IMG/VR virus record: IMGVR_UViG_3300020036_001703
Source: a virus
Taxonomy: Duplodnaviria; Heunggongvirae; Uroviricota; Caudoviricetes
Length of the DNA stretch: 64,000 nt
Direction: 5' to 3' (one strand)
Below, piece by piece: positions 46,955-56,331 of the stretch. Each line of letters begins with the position of its first letter. Within the stretch, counting starts at the first letter, position 1. The notes below the pieces were generated by a model. That model saw nothing but the letters and a program-made list of their open reading frames with translations. It made no database searches and was not told where the DNA came from. Both the position numbers and the translations under genes were made by a program.

Positions 46955-47413
46955 ATGAATGACATTTTGGTTACTACTGATAACTGCACACCAGAACGAT
47001 TGAAAATTCGCAAGTTGATTTATTGCGTATATGGGTCGGAAAAGAAGAATACAAATGTACCAACTGATGTTTTTGAAATTGACGTGACTACATGCACTCA
47101 TATCGAACTTTCCAATTTCTTTAGAAAAGTTTCCAAATTTTGTGGTAATATGAACATTGAACATTCTCAGTTCCATGCGATTCTTGATGATGGTCAAAGA
47201 ATGCCTATGAAGTGGTTCTGGATCGATGTGAACGGAATCACGATTTCACATGATTGTGCGTTTGACACAATTCTTGTTAAAAAAGGTCGTATTCCAATTT
47301 GTATTGGAAAGTTTTTTAGAAAACGTCTTGGTGATTCAAAGCACGCATACTCCAAGAATAAGCGAGATGCCTACAAGGTCATTGCAAATATGATCTTCAG
47401 GAAGAAAGGTTGA
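46955..47413 (+). CDS. hypothetical protein
   Basis: 152 aa. Confidence 0.45.
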   Translation: MNDILVTTDNCTPERLKIRKLIYCVYGSEKKNTNVPTDVFEIDVTTCTHIELSNFFRKVSKFCGNMNIEHSQFHAILDDGQRMPMKWFWIDVNGITISHDCAFDTILVKKGRIPICIGKFFRKRLGDSKHAYSKNKRDAYKVIANMIFRKKG

Positions 47414-47552
47414 GTTTGATGACTCTGATTTTTCGTGGTTTGTTGCAAGTGAACTCACAGAACTCAATTCATCTAATTTTGAATCTATTGGTTCAGCAAT
47501 CGATTACCTTACATCACAAGGTTATGAAGTAACTATTTCAAAGAAGTAAATC

Positions 47553-47762
47553 ATGCCGCTAGTATATCTAACTGAAGAAGAAATTCTATATATTGAAGAT
47601 AGACTTCAAATGAGTCTTTCAGAAGAATTATCTTCAATTGAGAATTCAACATATATTGGTCCTACATATTATGAAGGATGTTATCAAACTTTAGGCACTA
47701 ACAAAGATAAGTGCAGAGAACTCATTTTGAGAATGAAGGAGAATTTAGATGACAAAAGATGA
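47553..47762 (+). CDS. hypothetical protein
   Basis: 69 aa. Confidence 0.4.
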   Translation: MPLVYLTEEEILYIEDRLQMSLSEELSSIENSTYIGPTYYEGCYQTLGTNKDKCRELILRMKENLDDKR

Positions 47763-47970
47763 CCTACTGATTGTAGCAGGTTTGAAGTTTAGGGTGAAAC
47801 ATGACTCTTCAACAGATTATTATCTGTGGACTGATACCTTTGGGTCTGGTAAGATGCTAATCTGCTGGATTAATGAAGATAATATCCCTACTTCAATTGA
47901 TTACACTATTGACGAAGTTTTTGAGTATTTCAACAATGGTACATGGTTTGAAAATGAATCCCAAGATTAA
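47749..47970 (+). CDS. hypothetical protein
   Basis: 73 aa. Confidence 0.4.
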   Translation: MTKDDLLIVAGLKFRVKHDSSTDYYLWTDTFGSGKMLICWINEDNIPTSIDYTIDEVFEYFNNGTWFENESQD

Positions 47971-48244
47971 ATCTATTGAAGATCAAATTGCATTCTTCAA
48001 CAAACTAAAAGATCTAATGAAAGAATATTCAATGAGTTGTATTGAAGCTGAAGAAGATCATTATCAATATTCTACTCATGTATCTGGGGTTTGTTTTAAT
48101 TTTGACTGGGTATATGATTCAGAGAATGATGTAGTTAGATACGGTGGACAGCCTACACTTCCATCATATATTGACCAAAATGATATAAACATAGTTGTTA
48201 AAAAGCTACAACAAGAACTTGACGAAGAGTTAAAAGCTGGTTAG
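47954..48244 (+). CDS. hypothetical protein (start uncertain)
   Basis: Track ORF 47873..48244; shortened to the internal Met to reduce overlap. Confidence 0.3.
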   Translation: MNPKIKSIEDQIAFFNKLKDLMKEYSMSCIEAEEDHYQYSTHVSGVCFNFDWVYDSENDVVRYGGQPTLPSYIDQNDINIVVKKLQQELDEELKAG

Positions 48245-48276
48245 AATTCTTACATCTTGAACAACTAAGGATTTAC

Positions 48277-48675
48277 ATGAAGAAGATTCTGTTTGCTTTG
48301 GCAACTGGTTTGTTGATTGCTGCTTGTGATTGCAAGGCTGAAACAACCATTGGTTTGCATCTTGGTACATATCATTTTGATCGCAATGCAAACTATCGTG
48401 AATTCAACCCTGGTGTTTACATTGTGAAGGACTCTTTTACTGCTGGCATCTATGCGAACTCTGAACGTAAGACAAGTGCATATGTTGGTTATTCACTACA
48501 ACATGAAGGCTTAAGCTTGACTATTGGAGGTGTTACAGGCTACACTTCAGGTATTCGACCGATGGTTGTACCTTCTTACAAGATCCCTGGGACTTATATG
48601 CGAGTAGCTTACCTTCCTCAAGTTCCTAACGCAACTAAAAACACTCAAGGTTTGCATTTTTCTTTTGAATTCTAA
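48277..48675 (+). CDS. lipoprotein with OMP-like C-terminus (superinfection-exclusion candidate)
   Basis: Lipobox LLIAAC after a signal peptide; beta-strand-like alternating pattern; C-terminal Phe (...LHFSFEF). Confidence 0.5.
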   Translation: MKKILFALATGLLIAACDCKAETTIGLHLGTYHFDRNANYREFNPGVYIVKDSFTAGIYANSERKTSAYVGYSLQHEGLSLTIGGVTGYTSGIRPMVVPSYKIPGTYMRVAYLPQVPNATKNTQGLHFSFEF

Positions 48676-49071
48676 ATGACACGAATTCTTGACCGTATGC
48701 CAGAAAATCCTAAGTTTAATTATCGAGAAGAACCAACATACTATGAAGGTAATTACCGTTAAATCACCTAAAAAGCGTAATCCTCTTGTTGTCCCTACTA
48801 TCACTAAAACTGGTGCAGGTAAACATAAGGATAAAAAGAAAGAATCTAAAGATAAGCCTATTAAGGAATAATCATGAACGGAGCTAAGAAATTTCACAAA
48901 CCTACAGGGCCAGCCTTTCATGAACGCCAGCTTTGGGTTGCATACCAAATCCGTACCGCTGAAGACAAGTTGAAGGCTTACGAAGAAGCTTGATTGTTGT
49001 ACAAAAACAACTTTACAAGCTGATCAAAGTTAGATAGAATTCTTTATGTTGTGAACTTAAAAGGAAATCAA

Positions 49072-49368
49072 ATGAAGACTAAGTTTCAAGAACTTTTGGA
49101 AAATAATGCAGACATGTTTGAATGTAAGATTCGATCCTATTCTGGTCGAGGTATGTTTGGTAAGGAGTGCCTTGCAGTAACGGGTAGTTCTAGCTAAATC
49201 AAGGATCTTTTCAAAGAAGTGATTCTGGGTGCTGCTAATGAATTTGCAGATGATGGACTTGATTTGTATGCATTTCAAGATATTGTAGACTCATGTTTTG
49301 AATATAGCCAGGATTCAATGGGTTGTGATGTAGTTTACTACTGGCGTAATATTTCATTTGTTGAATAA
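49072..49368 (+). pseudogene. gene interrupted by an in-frame TAA (pseudogene or readthrough)
   Basis: ATG with AAAAGGAAAT RBS; in-frame TAA at 49195-49197; the same frame stays open to 49368 with no ATG downstream of the stop. Confidence 0.35.
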
Positions 49369-49394
49369 TCAAAGTTAATTTTTAAAGGAATCTA

Positions 49395-51407
49395 ATGTCT
49401 AATTTTAAGATTTTTGCAAAGCAAGTTAATTCTCGTCTGACTGCACTTCAGAAAAATGAAATGTATGCAACTGATGTAGATAGTGACGAACTGTGGTCTG
49501 TGTATCTGTCTGCATTCCCTGCAGATAGTGATCCAATTTACAAAACGAATACTACACATACTTGTTCTTGCTGCCGCAATTTCGTAAAGAATCTTGGTTC
49601 TGCAGTTGCGATTATTGATGGCAAGATTCAGACAGTTTGGGATAACTTTGATTCTCTCCCATATCCTTATAACATTGTGTCTGAGGCTATGTCTGATTAT
49701 CTGAAGACAAAGAAGGTTGTTTCTTTGTATCGTTCTTCTGAACCTCAATATGGTGCAGAAATTACTCGTCAGCAAATTGAAGATGGTTCTTTTATCAATT
49801 GGAATCACTTCTATGGTAAGGTGGATTCTAAGCACTTTACAAAGGCTCCAGATGCTGATCGTGGTCGATTCAATACTGATCTTGATGTATTTGTTCGAAG
49901 CCTGAATGAAATTACTCTTGAATCTTTGGATACAGTTCTTGATTTGATTCAATCCAATAATTTGTATCGTGGTCAGGAATTCAAGACTAAGGTTAGTAGT
50001 TTCCGTGATATCAAGGTGAAGTACGATAAGATTAAGTTTGAGTCTGAAAAGCGAATCTTTGCAATTACCAGCATGCATCAAAATATCTCGCACTTCAAGA
50101 ATGAAGTAATTGGTACTTTGGTATATGATCTGTCTACTGGTGTTGATATTGAAACTGCTGTTAAGATGTTTGAATCTAAGGTTGCTCCTGCAAACTATAA
50201 GCGCCCAACTGCTTTGATTACACCTAAGATGGTAGAATCTGCAATGGAGACAATCAAGGATCTGGATCTTGAAGATGCATTGCAACGTCGATTTGCTGTC
50301 ATTGAAGATGTGTCAGTGAACAATGTACTGTGGGTTGATAATGAAACCAAGTCTAAGATGAAGGGTGGACTTGAAGATCTTTTGATGGGTTCTGTCAAGA
50401 AAACCAAGGTCAAGGAAGATGCAGCAGTTGAAATGTCTATTGATGAGTTTGTTAAGGATATTCTACCTAAGGCTAGTTCTGTTGAATTGCTTGTGAAGAA
50501 TTCTCATGCAACTAATTTTGTAAGTCTGACTGCACCAGTTCATTCTGATGTTGCACGTCTGTTCAAGTGGAATAATGATTTTGCTTGGTCTTATAATGGT
50601 AATATTGCTGATTCTGATATCAAGGCAAAGGTTAAGAAAGCAGGCGGCAACATTGATGCAAAATTTCGAATCAGTCTTTCATGGTTTAATTATGATGACC
50701 TGGATCTTTATGTCGATACACCTACAGAAAAGATTTATTATTGTCATAAAATTTCCCGTATTCACAATGGTGGTTTGGATGTAGATATGAATGCCGGTGG
50801 TCGCCATGAAAGTCGAACTCCAGTTGAAAATGTAAGTATTAATACAATTCCTGATGGTGATTATGTGATTTCAGTAAATCAGTACAGTCGTCAGGAGACT
50901 TGTGATGTTGGATTTGTAATTGAAATTGAATGTGGAAATCAAATTCAACAATTTACTTATGAAAAATCTGTAACTGGGACTATTAAGGTTGCAACAGTTA
51001 CTATGAAAAATGGGAGTATTGCAGGTGTTAAACTCAACAATTCTTCGGTAACTGCAGAAGGGGTTTCTAAGGATATCTGGAATATTGAAACTGAATCTTT
51101 GGTTAAGGTTAACACTATCATGAACAGCCCAAACTATTGGGATGATAATGCTGTTGGCAATAAGCATTGGTTCTTTATTCTGGAAGGTTGTAATAACCCA
51201 GAAGAAACTCGTGGGATTTATAATGAATTCTTGCGAGGTGATCTTGAAGCACATCGAAAGGTGTTTGAAGTTCTTGGTAATAAGACAAAGTGCCCTGTTG
51301 CAGAAAAACAACTTTCTGGGCTCGGCTTCTCTTCTACTCAAAAGAACTCTTGTACTTTTGTAGTGAAGGGTGATAAGATCCGTAAGACCGTTACGGTTAA
51401 CTTTTAA
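49395..51407 (+). CDS. large hypothetical protein (670 aa)
   Basis: Long ORF with HTCSCC cluster near the N-terminus; no family recognised. Confidence 0.6.
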   Translation: MSNFKIFAKQVNSRLTALQKNEMYATDVDSDELWSVYLSAFPADSDPIYKTNTTHTCSCCRNFVKNLGSAVAIIDGKIQTVWDNFDSLPYPYNIVSEAMSDYLKTKKVVSLYRSSEPQYGAEITRQQIEDGSFINWNHFYGKVDSKHFTKAPDADRGRFNTDLDVFVRSLNEITLESLDTVLDLIQSNNLYRGQEFKTKVSSFRDIKVKYDKIKFESEKRIFAITSMHQNISHFKNEVIGTLVYDLSTGVDIETAVKMFESKVAPANYKRPTALITPKMVESAMETIKDLDLEDALQRRFAVIEDVSVNNVLWVDNETKSKMKGGLEDLLMGSVKKTKVKEDAAVEMSIDEFVKDILPKASSVELLVKNSHATNFVSLTAPVHSDVARLFKWNNDFAWSYNGNIADSDIKAKVKKAGGNIDAKFRISLSWFNYDDLDLYVDTPTEKIYYCHKISRIHNGGLDVDMNAGGRHESRTPVENVSINTIPDGDYVISVNQYSRQETCDVGFVIEIECGNQIQQFTYEKSVTGTIKVATVTMKNGSIAGVKLNNSSVTAEGVSKDIWNIETESLVKVNTIMNSPNYWDDNAVGNKHWFFILEGCNNPEETRGIYNEFLRGDLEAHRKVFEVLGNKTKCPVAEKQLSGLGFSSTQKNSCTFVVKGDKIRKTVTVNF

Positions 51408-51417
51408 AGGAGAAAAT

Positions 51418-51813
51418 ATGTTTGAAAAGGCAATTAAGCAAAAGCTGCGTTTTGATAGCATTCGTGGTCAACTGACAACCGAGGATCTGTGGGATCTGCC
51501 ATTGACTAGCCGAAATAGTTTTGATTTGGATACGATTGCTAAGGCTATTAATTTTAAAATCAAGGAGTCACAAGAAGAAAGCTTTGTGAAGGTTCGTTCG
51601 AACCCAGCACAAGATAAGCTGACTCTTCAACTGGATATTCTTAAGTACATCATTGCGGATAAGATGCAAGAAGCTGAAACTAAGGCTACAACTGTTGCTC
51701 GTCAACAACAACGTCAAAAGCTGGAAGAAGTTCTGGCTTCGAAGCAAGATGACGCACTGAAGGGTCTGTCTGTTGAAGAACTGCAAGCCCAAATCAATGC
51801 TCTGAAGGCATAA
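51418..51813 (+). CDS. hypothetical coiled-coil protein
   Basis: AAAGGAGAAAAT RBS; 131 aa. Confidence 0.5.
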   Translation: MFEKAIKQKLRFDSIRGQLTTEDLWDLPLTSRNSFDLDTIAKAINFKIKESQEESFVKVRSNPAQDKLTLQLDILKYIIADKMQEAETKATTVARQQQRQKLEEVLASKQDDALKGLSVEELQAQINALKA

Positions 51814-51823
51814 CCACACAAGA

Positions 51824-51863
51824 AGGTCAAGTATTAAAAAGGTACTTGACCTTTTTCTTTTTG
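51824..51863 (+). terminator. rho-independent terminator
   Basis: AGGTCAAGTA...TACTTGACCT perfect 10-bp stem plus TTTTCTTTTT. Confidence 0.7.
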
Positions 51864-51902
51864 TAGAAGATAATTCTTTCATCACAACAAAGAAGGTCCA
51901 AG

Positions 51903-52295
51903 ATGAAGACAAAGTTTGTAATCTATCAAGGTAAGAAAATTCAAGTTGAATATGGTTATGAAAACTACATGGAATATATTATTGTTGACGGTGCCAAGAA
52001 AGTAAGGACAACAACAGGAACTTTTGTTTATACAACTGAAGGTATTGATCGTGGTCCTTATATTGATTGTGTAGATCCTGTAGACAAGTATGGAAACCTC
52101 ATTGAAGTTAATGATTCTCTTTATGCTTGCGTAGATAAAACTGTAGTGCGTGTAAAAGTTAAAGCCATTGCAAATAAGCCATATCATCTTGGTTGTGATG
52201 TACATGCTCGAAAGATCACTGTGACTGATATTGATACAGATAGGACTTACGTTTTACCAGAAGGTGAGCGTTGTATCAAAGCAACACTGTATTGA
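51903..52295 (+). CDS. hypothetical protein
   Basis: 130 aa. Confidence 0.5.
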   Translation: MKTKFVIYQGKKIQVEYGYENYMEYIIVDGAKKVRTTTGTFVYTTEGIDRGPYIDCVDPVDKYGNLIEVNDSLYACVDKTVVRVKVKAIANKPYHLGCDVHARKITVTDIDTDRTYVLPEGERCIKATLY

Positions 52296-52348
52296 CAACA
52301 CTTATAAAAACTCATACAATTCTTTCATCTTAACTTTTAGGAAGAAAA

Positions 52349-52876
52349 ATGTTCAAGATTATTTCTAATCTTCAAAATAGAATTCGTTTGGTTAGTCTCC
52401 TGAAGAAAATTGGAGAAGAAGTAAATGAAAAAGTTGAATGCATTAATTTTGGTGGATGTTGTGTTTATGCATCAACTGTTGGAGACATGCTTGAAAAACT
52501 CGGTTTTGATGTTAGAATTCTTTCTGTTGACTGGAAGAATACAAATGAAAAGATTCCTAATGATGAAAAGATTTTGTGTCCTATTGAAGCTGAAGAGAAG
52601 CTCGGAGTAAACTTCCATCATGTTGGGATTGCTGTGAAGGTTAATGGCCGTTGGTATTCTCATGATACAAATACAACTTTCCGTGGTTTGAAGAAATTTG
52701 GTGCATCTGAATATCCTGCATCTAAAACATACTTGACAGTTAATCAAGCTGCACATTTTGCATCGAAGGCTAGTTTCTGGAATACAACATACAACCGCAA
52801 ACAAGGGAACCCTCTCATCCGAGAAATTGTTCAAAAATATCTTGAACCGTTGCAACAAAACAACATTCCTGCCTAA
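52349..52876 (+). CDS. hypothetical protein with Cys/His pair (possible peptidase-like)
   Basis: CINFGGCCVYA ... NFHHVGIAV. Confidence 0.5.
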   Translation: MFKIISNLQNRIRLVSLLKKIGEEVNEKVECINFGGCCVYASTVGDMLEKLGFDVRILSVDWKNTNEKIPNDEKILCPIEAEEKLGVNFHHVGIAVKVNGRWYSHDTNTTFRGLKKFGASEYPASKTYLTVNQAAHFASKASFWNTTYNRKQGNPLIREIVQKYLEPLQQNNIPA

Positions 52877-52922
52877 GAATTAGGTTATAATTCTTTCATC
52901 GTAAACAAATTGGAGAAATATC

Positions 52923-53870
52923 TTGGCTCACGAACTCACTCAGCGTAAGAATGGTTTCATTGAATTTGCTGCAACTGGTGATCGGAATGAAGTGTGGCAC
53001 AAACTCGGTCAGTATTTGCCAGAAGGCCAGTCAATTGAACAGTGGCAAGTTGCTGCTGGCATGGACTGGAGTATTTACGAAAGTACAATGCGTTACCAAA
53101 CTCCAGATGGAATTACTGCAGACCCAAGTCGAAAGGTCTTGTATCGTTCAGATGGTTATGATGTTTTGGGTGTAGTTTCTGATGAATATCATGTTGTACA
53201 ACCTAAAGAAGTTCTTGAATTCTTCCGAGAATTTACTGAACTTAATCAAATGAAGTTGTCTGCTGCAGGCACTCTGTTTGGTGGAAAGCGTTTTTGGGCT
53301 ATTGCTGAACTGGATAAGTCTGCTGAGATTGTTCCTGGTGATAAGATCAATGGTTATCTGCTGCTAACTACTTCTGCAGACGGCACACTTAGTACTCAAG
53401 CAAAGTTTACAAGTACTCGTGTAGTGTGTAACAATACTCTTACTGTAGCTTTGAATGAAAAAGGTAAGGTTGTTCGAAAGACTCATGCAAGTGAATTTGA
53501 TGCTCGTGAGTTTAAGGTTGATCTTGGTTTGATTGATTCAGGTTGGGATAGCTTTATTGGAAATCTGAAGAAGCTTGCTGAACAAAAAGTAACTGATGAT
53601 TTTGCTAAGGAATTCTTTGCCAAGTTGACTCAGCCTAAGGGTAAGACTACAATTGGTCAAGAACGAACTATTGACGCATTGATGCACTTCTACAGCAAGG
53701 GTACAGGATCTGAAATGCACTATGGTTCTAAGTGGGGTTTGCTGAATGCTGTGACAGAAATGCAAACTCATGGTACATTCCGTACTGTTCGTGATCGTCA
53801 ATTCGATAAGTCTGAATTCGGTACTGGTGATAAGTTGAAGACTCAAGCTTACTTTCAACTTGTTGCTTAA
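52923..53870 (+). CDS. DUF932-like phage/plasmid protein, putative
   Basis: TTG start after GGAG; N-terminal ...EVWHKLGQ...; 315 aa. Confidence 0.4.
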   Translation: MAHELTQRKNGFIEFAATGDRNEVWHKLGQYLPEGQSIEQWQVAAGMDWSIYESTMRYQTPDGITADPSRKVLYRSDGYDVLGVVSDEYHVVQPKEVLEFFREFTELNQMKLSAAGTLFGGKRFWAIAELDKSAEIVPGDKINGYLLLTTSADGTLSTQAKFTSTRVVCNNTLTVALNEKGKVVRKTHASEFDAREFKVDLGLIDSGWDSFIGNLKKLAEQKVTDDFAKEFFAKLTQPKGKTTIGQERTIDALMHFYSKGTGSEMHYGSKWGLLNAVTEMQTHGTFRTVRDRQFDKSEFGTGDKLKTQAYFQLVA

Positions 53871-53927
53871 AAACAACTTGACTAGGCTGAAATTTGAGAT
53901 AAAATAGAGCCTAGTTAAACAAATTAC

Positions 53928-54012
53928 GCCCCGATGGTGAAATTGGTAGTACACAGGAGACTTAAAATCTCCCGCTTATGGCGTGCCGGTTCGAATCCGG
54001 CTCGGGGCACCA
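53928..54012 (+). tRNA. tRNA-Leu (anticodon TAA), type II
   Basis: Acceptor GCCCCGA/TCGGGGC; Leu-type D loop AAATTGGTAG; anticodon stem GGAGA/TCTCC with loop CTTAAAA; long variable arm; T arm GCCGGTTCGAATCCGGC; ACCA end. Confidence 0.8.
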
Positions 54013-54016
54013 ATAT

Positions 54017-54091
54017 GGGATTGAAGCTTTAAGGTGAAGCAACGGACTTTTAATCCGTAGAATTGGGATCATTGGCCCAACAGTCCTACCA
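54017..54091 (+). tRNA. tRNA-Lys (anticodon TTT), with 8-nt T loop
   Basis: Acceptor GGGATTG/CAGTCCT (two GU pairs); D stem GCTT/AAGC; anticodon stem ACGGA/TCCGT with loop CTTTTAA; T stem TTGGG/CCCAA; ACCA end; 4 nt after tRNA-Leu. Confidence 0.55.
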
Positions 54092-54104
54092 AATAAGGAA
54101 CCAA

Positions 54105-54431
54105 ATGTTTGTCCGACAAAGTAAGTATGATGCACTTGAGACAGATTATAAGAAGGTTTTAAAAAATCTTGAAGCGCATCAAAGAAAGCTGATTGAAGTC
54201 AGTTCTAAGCTTGACAGGCTTTCAAATAGCTGGGGAAAGTTGGTTGATGAAATCAATTCAAAAGGTGGTCAAAGTTTTCTGGATGAAGCTGTAATGCCTA
54301 ATGAAATTCAAGGGTTGTCTCCAGATATGATCAAGAAAATGCTTCAACTTTGTCATCCTGATAAACATCAAGGTAAACAACTTGCAGTAGAAGTAACTCA
54401 AGTACTACTCAAGCTGAAAGGTAATAAATGA
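54105..54431 (+). CDS. hypothetical protein
   Basis: Start moved to the ATG after AAGGAACC so it does not overlap tRNA-Lys. Confidence 0.4.
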   Translation: MFVRQSKYDALETDYKKVLKNLEAHQRKLIEVSSKLDRLSNSWGKLVDEINSKGGQSFLDEAVMPNEIQGLSPDMIKKMLQLCHPDKHQGKQLAVEVTQVLLKLKGNK

Positions 54432-54772
54432 ATCAAAATATGTTCCAAATTGGTGATCAAAATGAATATGAAGTTAACATTCTTTTGGAATATTTGGTAG
54501 GAATCCAATATACTGGATTGTGCGGTTATTTGGCAGATTATTCTTCAATTTACGAATTTCTGAGGGATCAGGAAGTTTTTGAAACTGAGCAAGAATATCC
54601 AGTTGAACATCATATCCTTGTTCATGAAGGTTGTTCTCGTGTTGAAGCTGATAGACTTTTAACTGAATACAAAAATCAATGGGATAAATCAGACCCTGAT
54701 ACACCTTACGGGCAACTTCGTCATTGGTGGTGTTATAATCTTGCTGTTGCAATGAGTCAAGGAATGTGCTGA
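54428..54772 (+). CDS. hypothetical protein
   Basis: 114 aa. Confidence 0.45.
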   Translation: MNQNMFQIGDQNEYEVNILLEYLVGIQYTGLCGYLADYSSIYEFLRDQEVFETEQEYPVEHHILVHEGCSRVEADRLLTEYKNQWDKSDPDTPYGQLRHWWCYNLAVAMSQGMC

Positions 54773-54951
54773 TGTTGAAGATTTGCTTTGTTTTGGTTGT
54801 ATTGTCAAGCCTGTGGTATTTTTTCCACGAAACTTACAAACGGATGTCCTTCTATGATAAGATGCTTACATGGAAGGTTATTTGGAACCTTGTTGCAATC
54901 GTCTTCTTCTGTACAATTGGAGTAGATTTATATTTCTATTTCATGAAATAA
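54766..54951 (+). CDS. small membrane protein
   Basis: 61 aa, two hydrophobic helices. Confidence 0.35.
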   Translation: MLMLKICFVLVVLSSLWYFFHETYKRMSFYDKMLTWKVIWNLVAIVFFCTIGVDLYFYFMK

Positions 54952-54987
54952 TACACATCTAGGTTATCAAACAACGAAAGGAAAATC

Positions 54988-55890
54988 ATGTTTAAAAAGT
55001 TTATTAAGTTTTGTTCTATTGCTTTGATTGCAGTTTCTGCAATGTCTGTTACTGGTTGTGGTGAACGTGTTGAAGTTCCACCAGCCCGAATTGGTAAGAT
55101 CATGACAAATGATGGTTATCAAAAGAATACAATTCCTACATCTAAGTTCCGTTTGGATAGCTGTTGGAGTGTTTGTGATAAGCTAGTCACTCTGGATCAG
55201 TCTGACAAGACAGTTGTTGAAAAGGTTACAGTATTCATGCCAACAGACAAGCTTCAATTGGTGATTCCAGTTCAGACTACGCTCGCAGTGAATCCAACTA
55301 AGGTTGATTCTTTGTTTAATACTCTACCCCCTGAGGATGATGGTGATGATAATAAGCAAACCGCACAAATCAAGTGGGCAACCATTTATTACACATATGC
55401 ACAAAGCATTATTGCTGCTGAAACAACCAGTTTCATTAGTAAGTATTCGATTGCTGAATTGTCATCTAATTTGGAACAAATCAATGCAAATTTGCGAAAT
55501 CATTTGACTACTGTGATTGCCCAGCGAACACCTTTTAATGCTCGATATGTTGGTATTTCGCAGATTCAATATCCTGAGATTATTACTAAGGCTCAAGAGG
55601 GTGCTGCACAACGTCGAGAACAGATTCAAACTGAAGAAGCTCAACTTGAAATTAGTAAGGTTAAGCTGGAGCGTGAACTGCAAGAAGCACGTTTGACCCG
55701 TCAGATTGAAATTGAAAAGTCTCAAACTACTGCAGCAGCAAATCGAGTTCAATCTGAAACTATTACTACTGCAGTCCTTGAAAAGCAACGTCTTGATAAT
55801 CAAGCAGCTTGGATTGAAAAGTGGGATGGTCAACTTCCTGGTAATGTAACTGCTGATGTGTTTACTGGTTTTAATCGGAGTCCTAAGTAA
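54988..55890 (+). CDS. lipoprotein with SPFH/band-7-like coiled-coil domain, putative
   Basis: Signal peptide with lipobox VTGC; Gln/Glu-rich coiled-coil C-terminal half. Confidence 0.45.
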   Translation: MFKKFIKFCSIALIAVSAMSVTGCGERVEVPPARIGKIMTNDGYQKNTIPTSKFRLDSCWSVCDKLVTLDQSDKTVVEKVTVFMPTDKLQLVIPVQTTLAVNPTKVDSLFNTLPPEDDGDDNKQTAQIKWATIYYTYAQSIIAAETTSFISKYSIAELSSNLEQINANLRNHLTTVIAQRTPFNARYVGISQIQYPEIITKAQEGAAQRREQIQTEEAQLEISKVKLERELQEARLTRQIEIEKSQTTAAANRVQSETITTAVLEKQRLDNQAAWIEKWDGQLPGNVTADVFTGFNRSPK

Positions 55891-56234
55891 TGAACTTTAT
55901 CATTAACTTTATCCTTGCATTTCCTGCTGCTGGGTTAATCTTAATCTCAATTGCATTGATTGTGTATGCGATTAGTAAATCTAAGGTTGTTAGAGGACAT
56001 AGTTTAATGTTTGCACTAGGTTCTCTACTGATGAGTATAGTTCTTACTCTAAACTCACCTCTAGTCAAGCCTAAAACGAACGTAGAGCCGTTTAAACCTT
56101 CAGAGGTAGTAACCCATCAACTAGACGAAGAAACCGCTTCTAAGCCCTTTACAGACCGTTTGAGTAAGCCTAAGGAATCAAAGTTGAATGACTCCTTGAC
56201 CTTCAAACAAGAAGTGCAAAAATACAACAATTAA
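55890..56234 (+). CDS. membrane protein
   Basis: N-terminal two hydrophobic helices. Confidence 0.45.
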   Translation: MNFIINFILAFPAAGLILISIALIVYAISKSKVVRGHSLMFALGSLLMSIVLTLNSPLVKPKTNVEPFKPSEVVTHQLDEETASKPFTDRLSKPKESKLNDSLTFKQEVQKYNN

Positions 56235-56241
56235 CCAACTA

Positions 56242-56285
56242 AGGTCAAGGGTCTTTAATTAGTCTCTTGACCTTTTTCTTTTTCT
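56242..56285 (+). terminator. rho-independent terminator
   Basis: AGGTCAAG...CTTGACCT stem plus TTTTTCTTTTTCT; near-copy of the terminator at 51824. Confidence 0.6.
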
Positions 56286-56331
56286 GAAGCATACTTCGTA
56301 CATCGGTTCAACAAGCGCAAAGGAAAGTAAC

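Noticed and set aside
49392-50285. 297-aa minus-strand ORF
   Set aside because: It lies entirely antisense to the 670-aa gene, is an AT-rich Ile/Asn/Leu frame artefact, and has no RBS or partner genes on that strand
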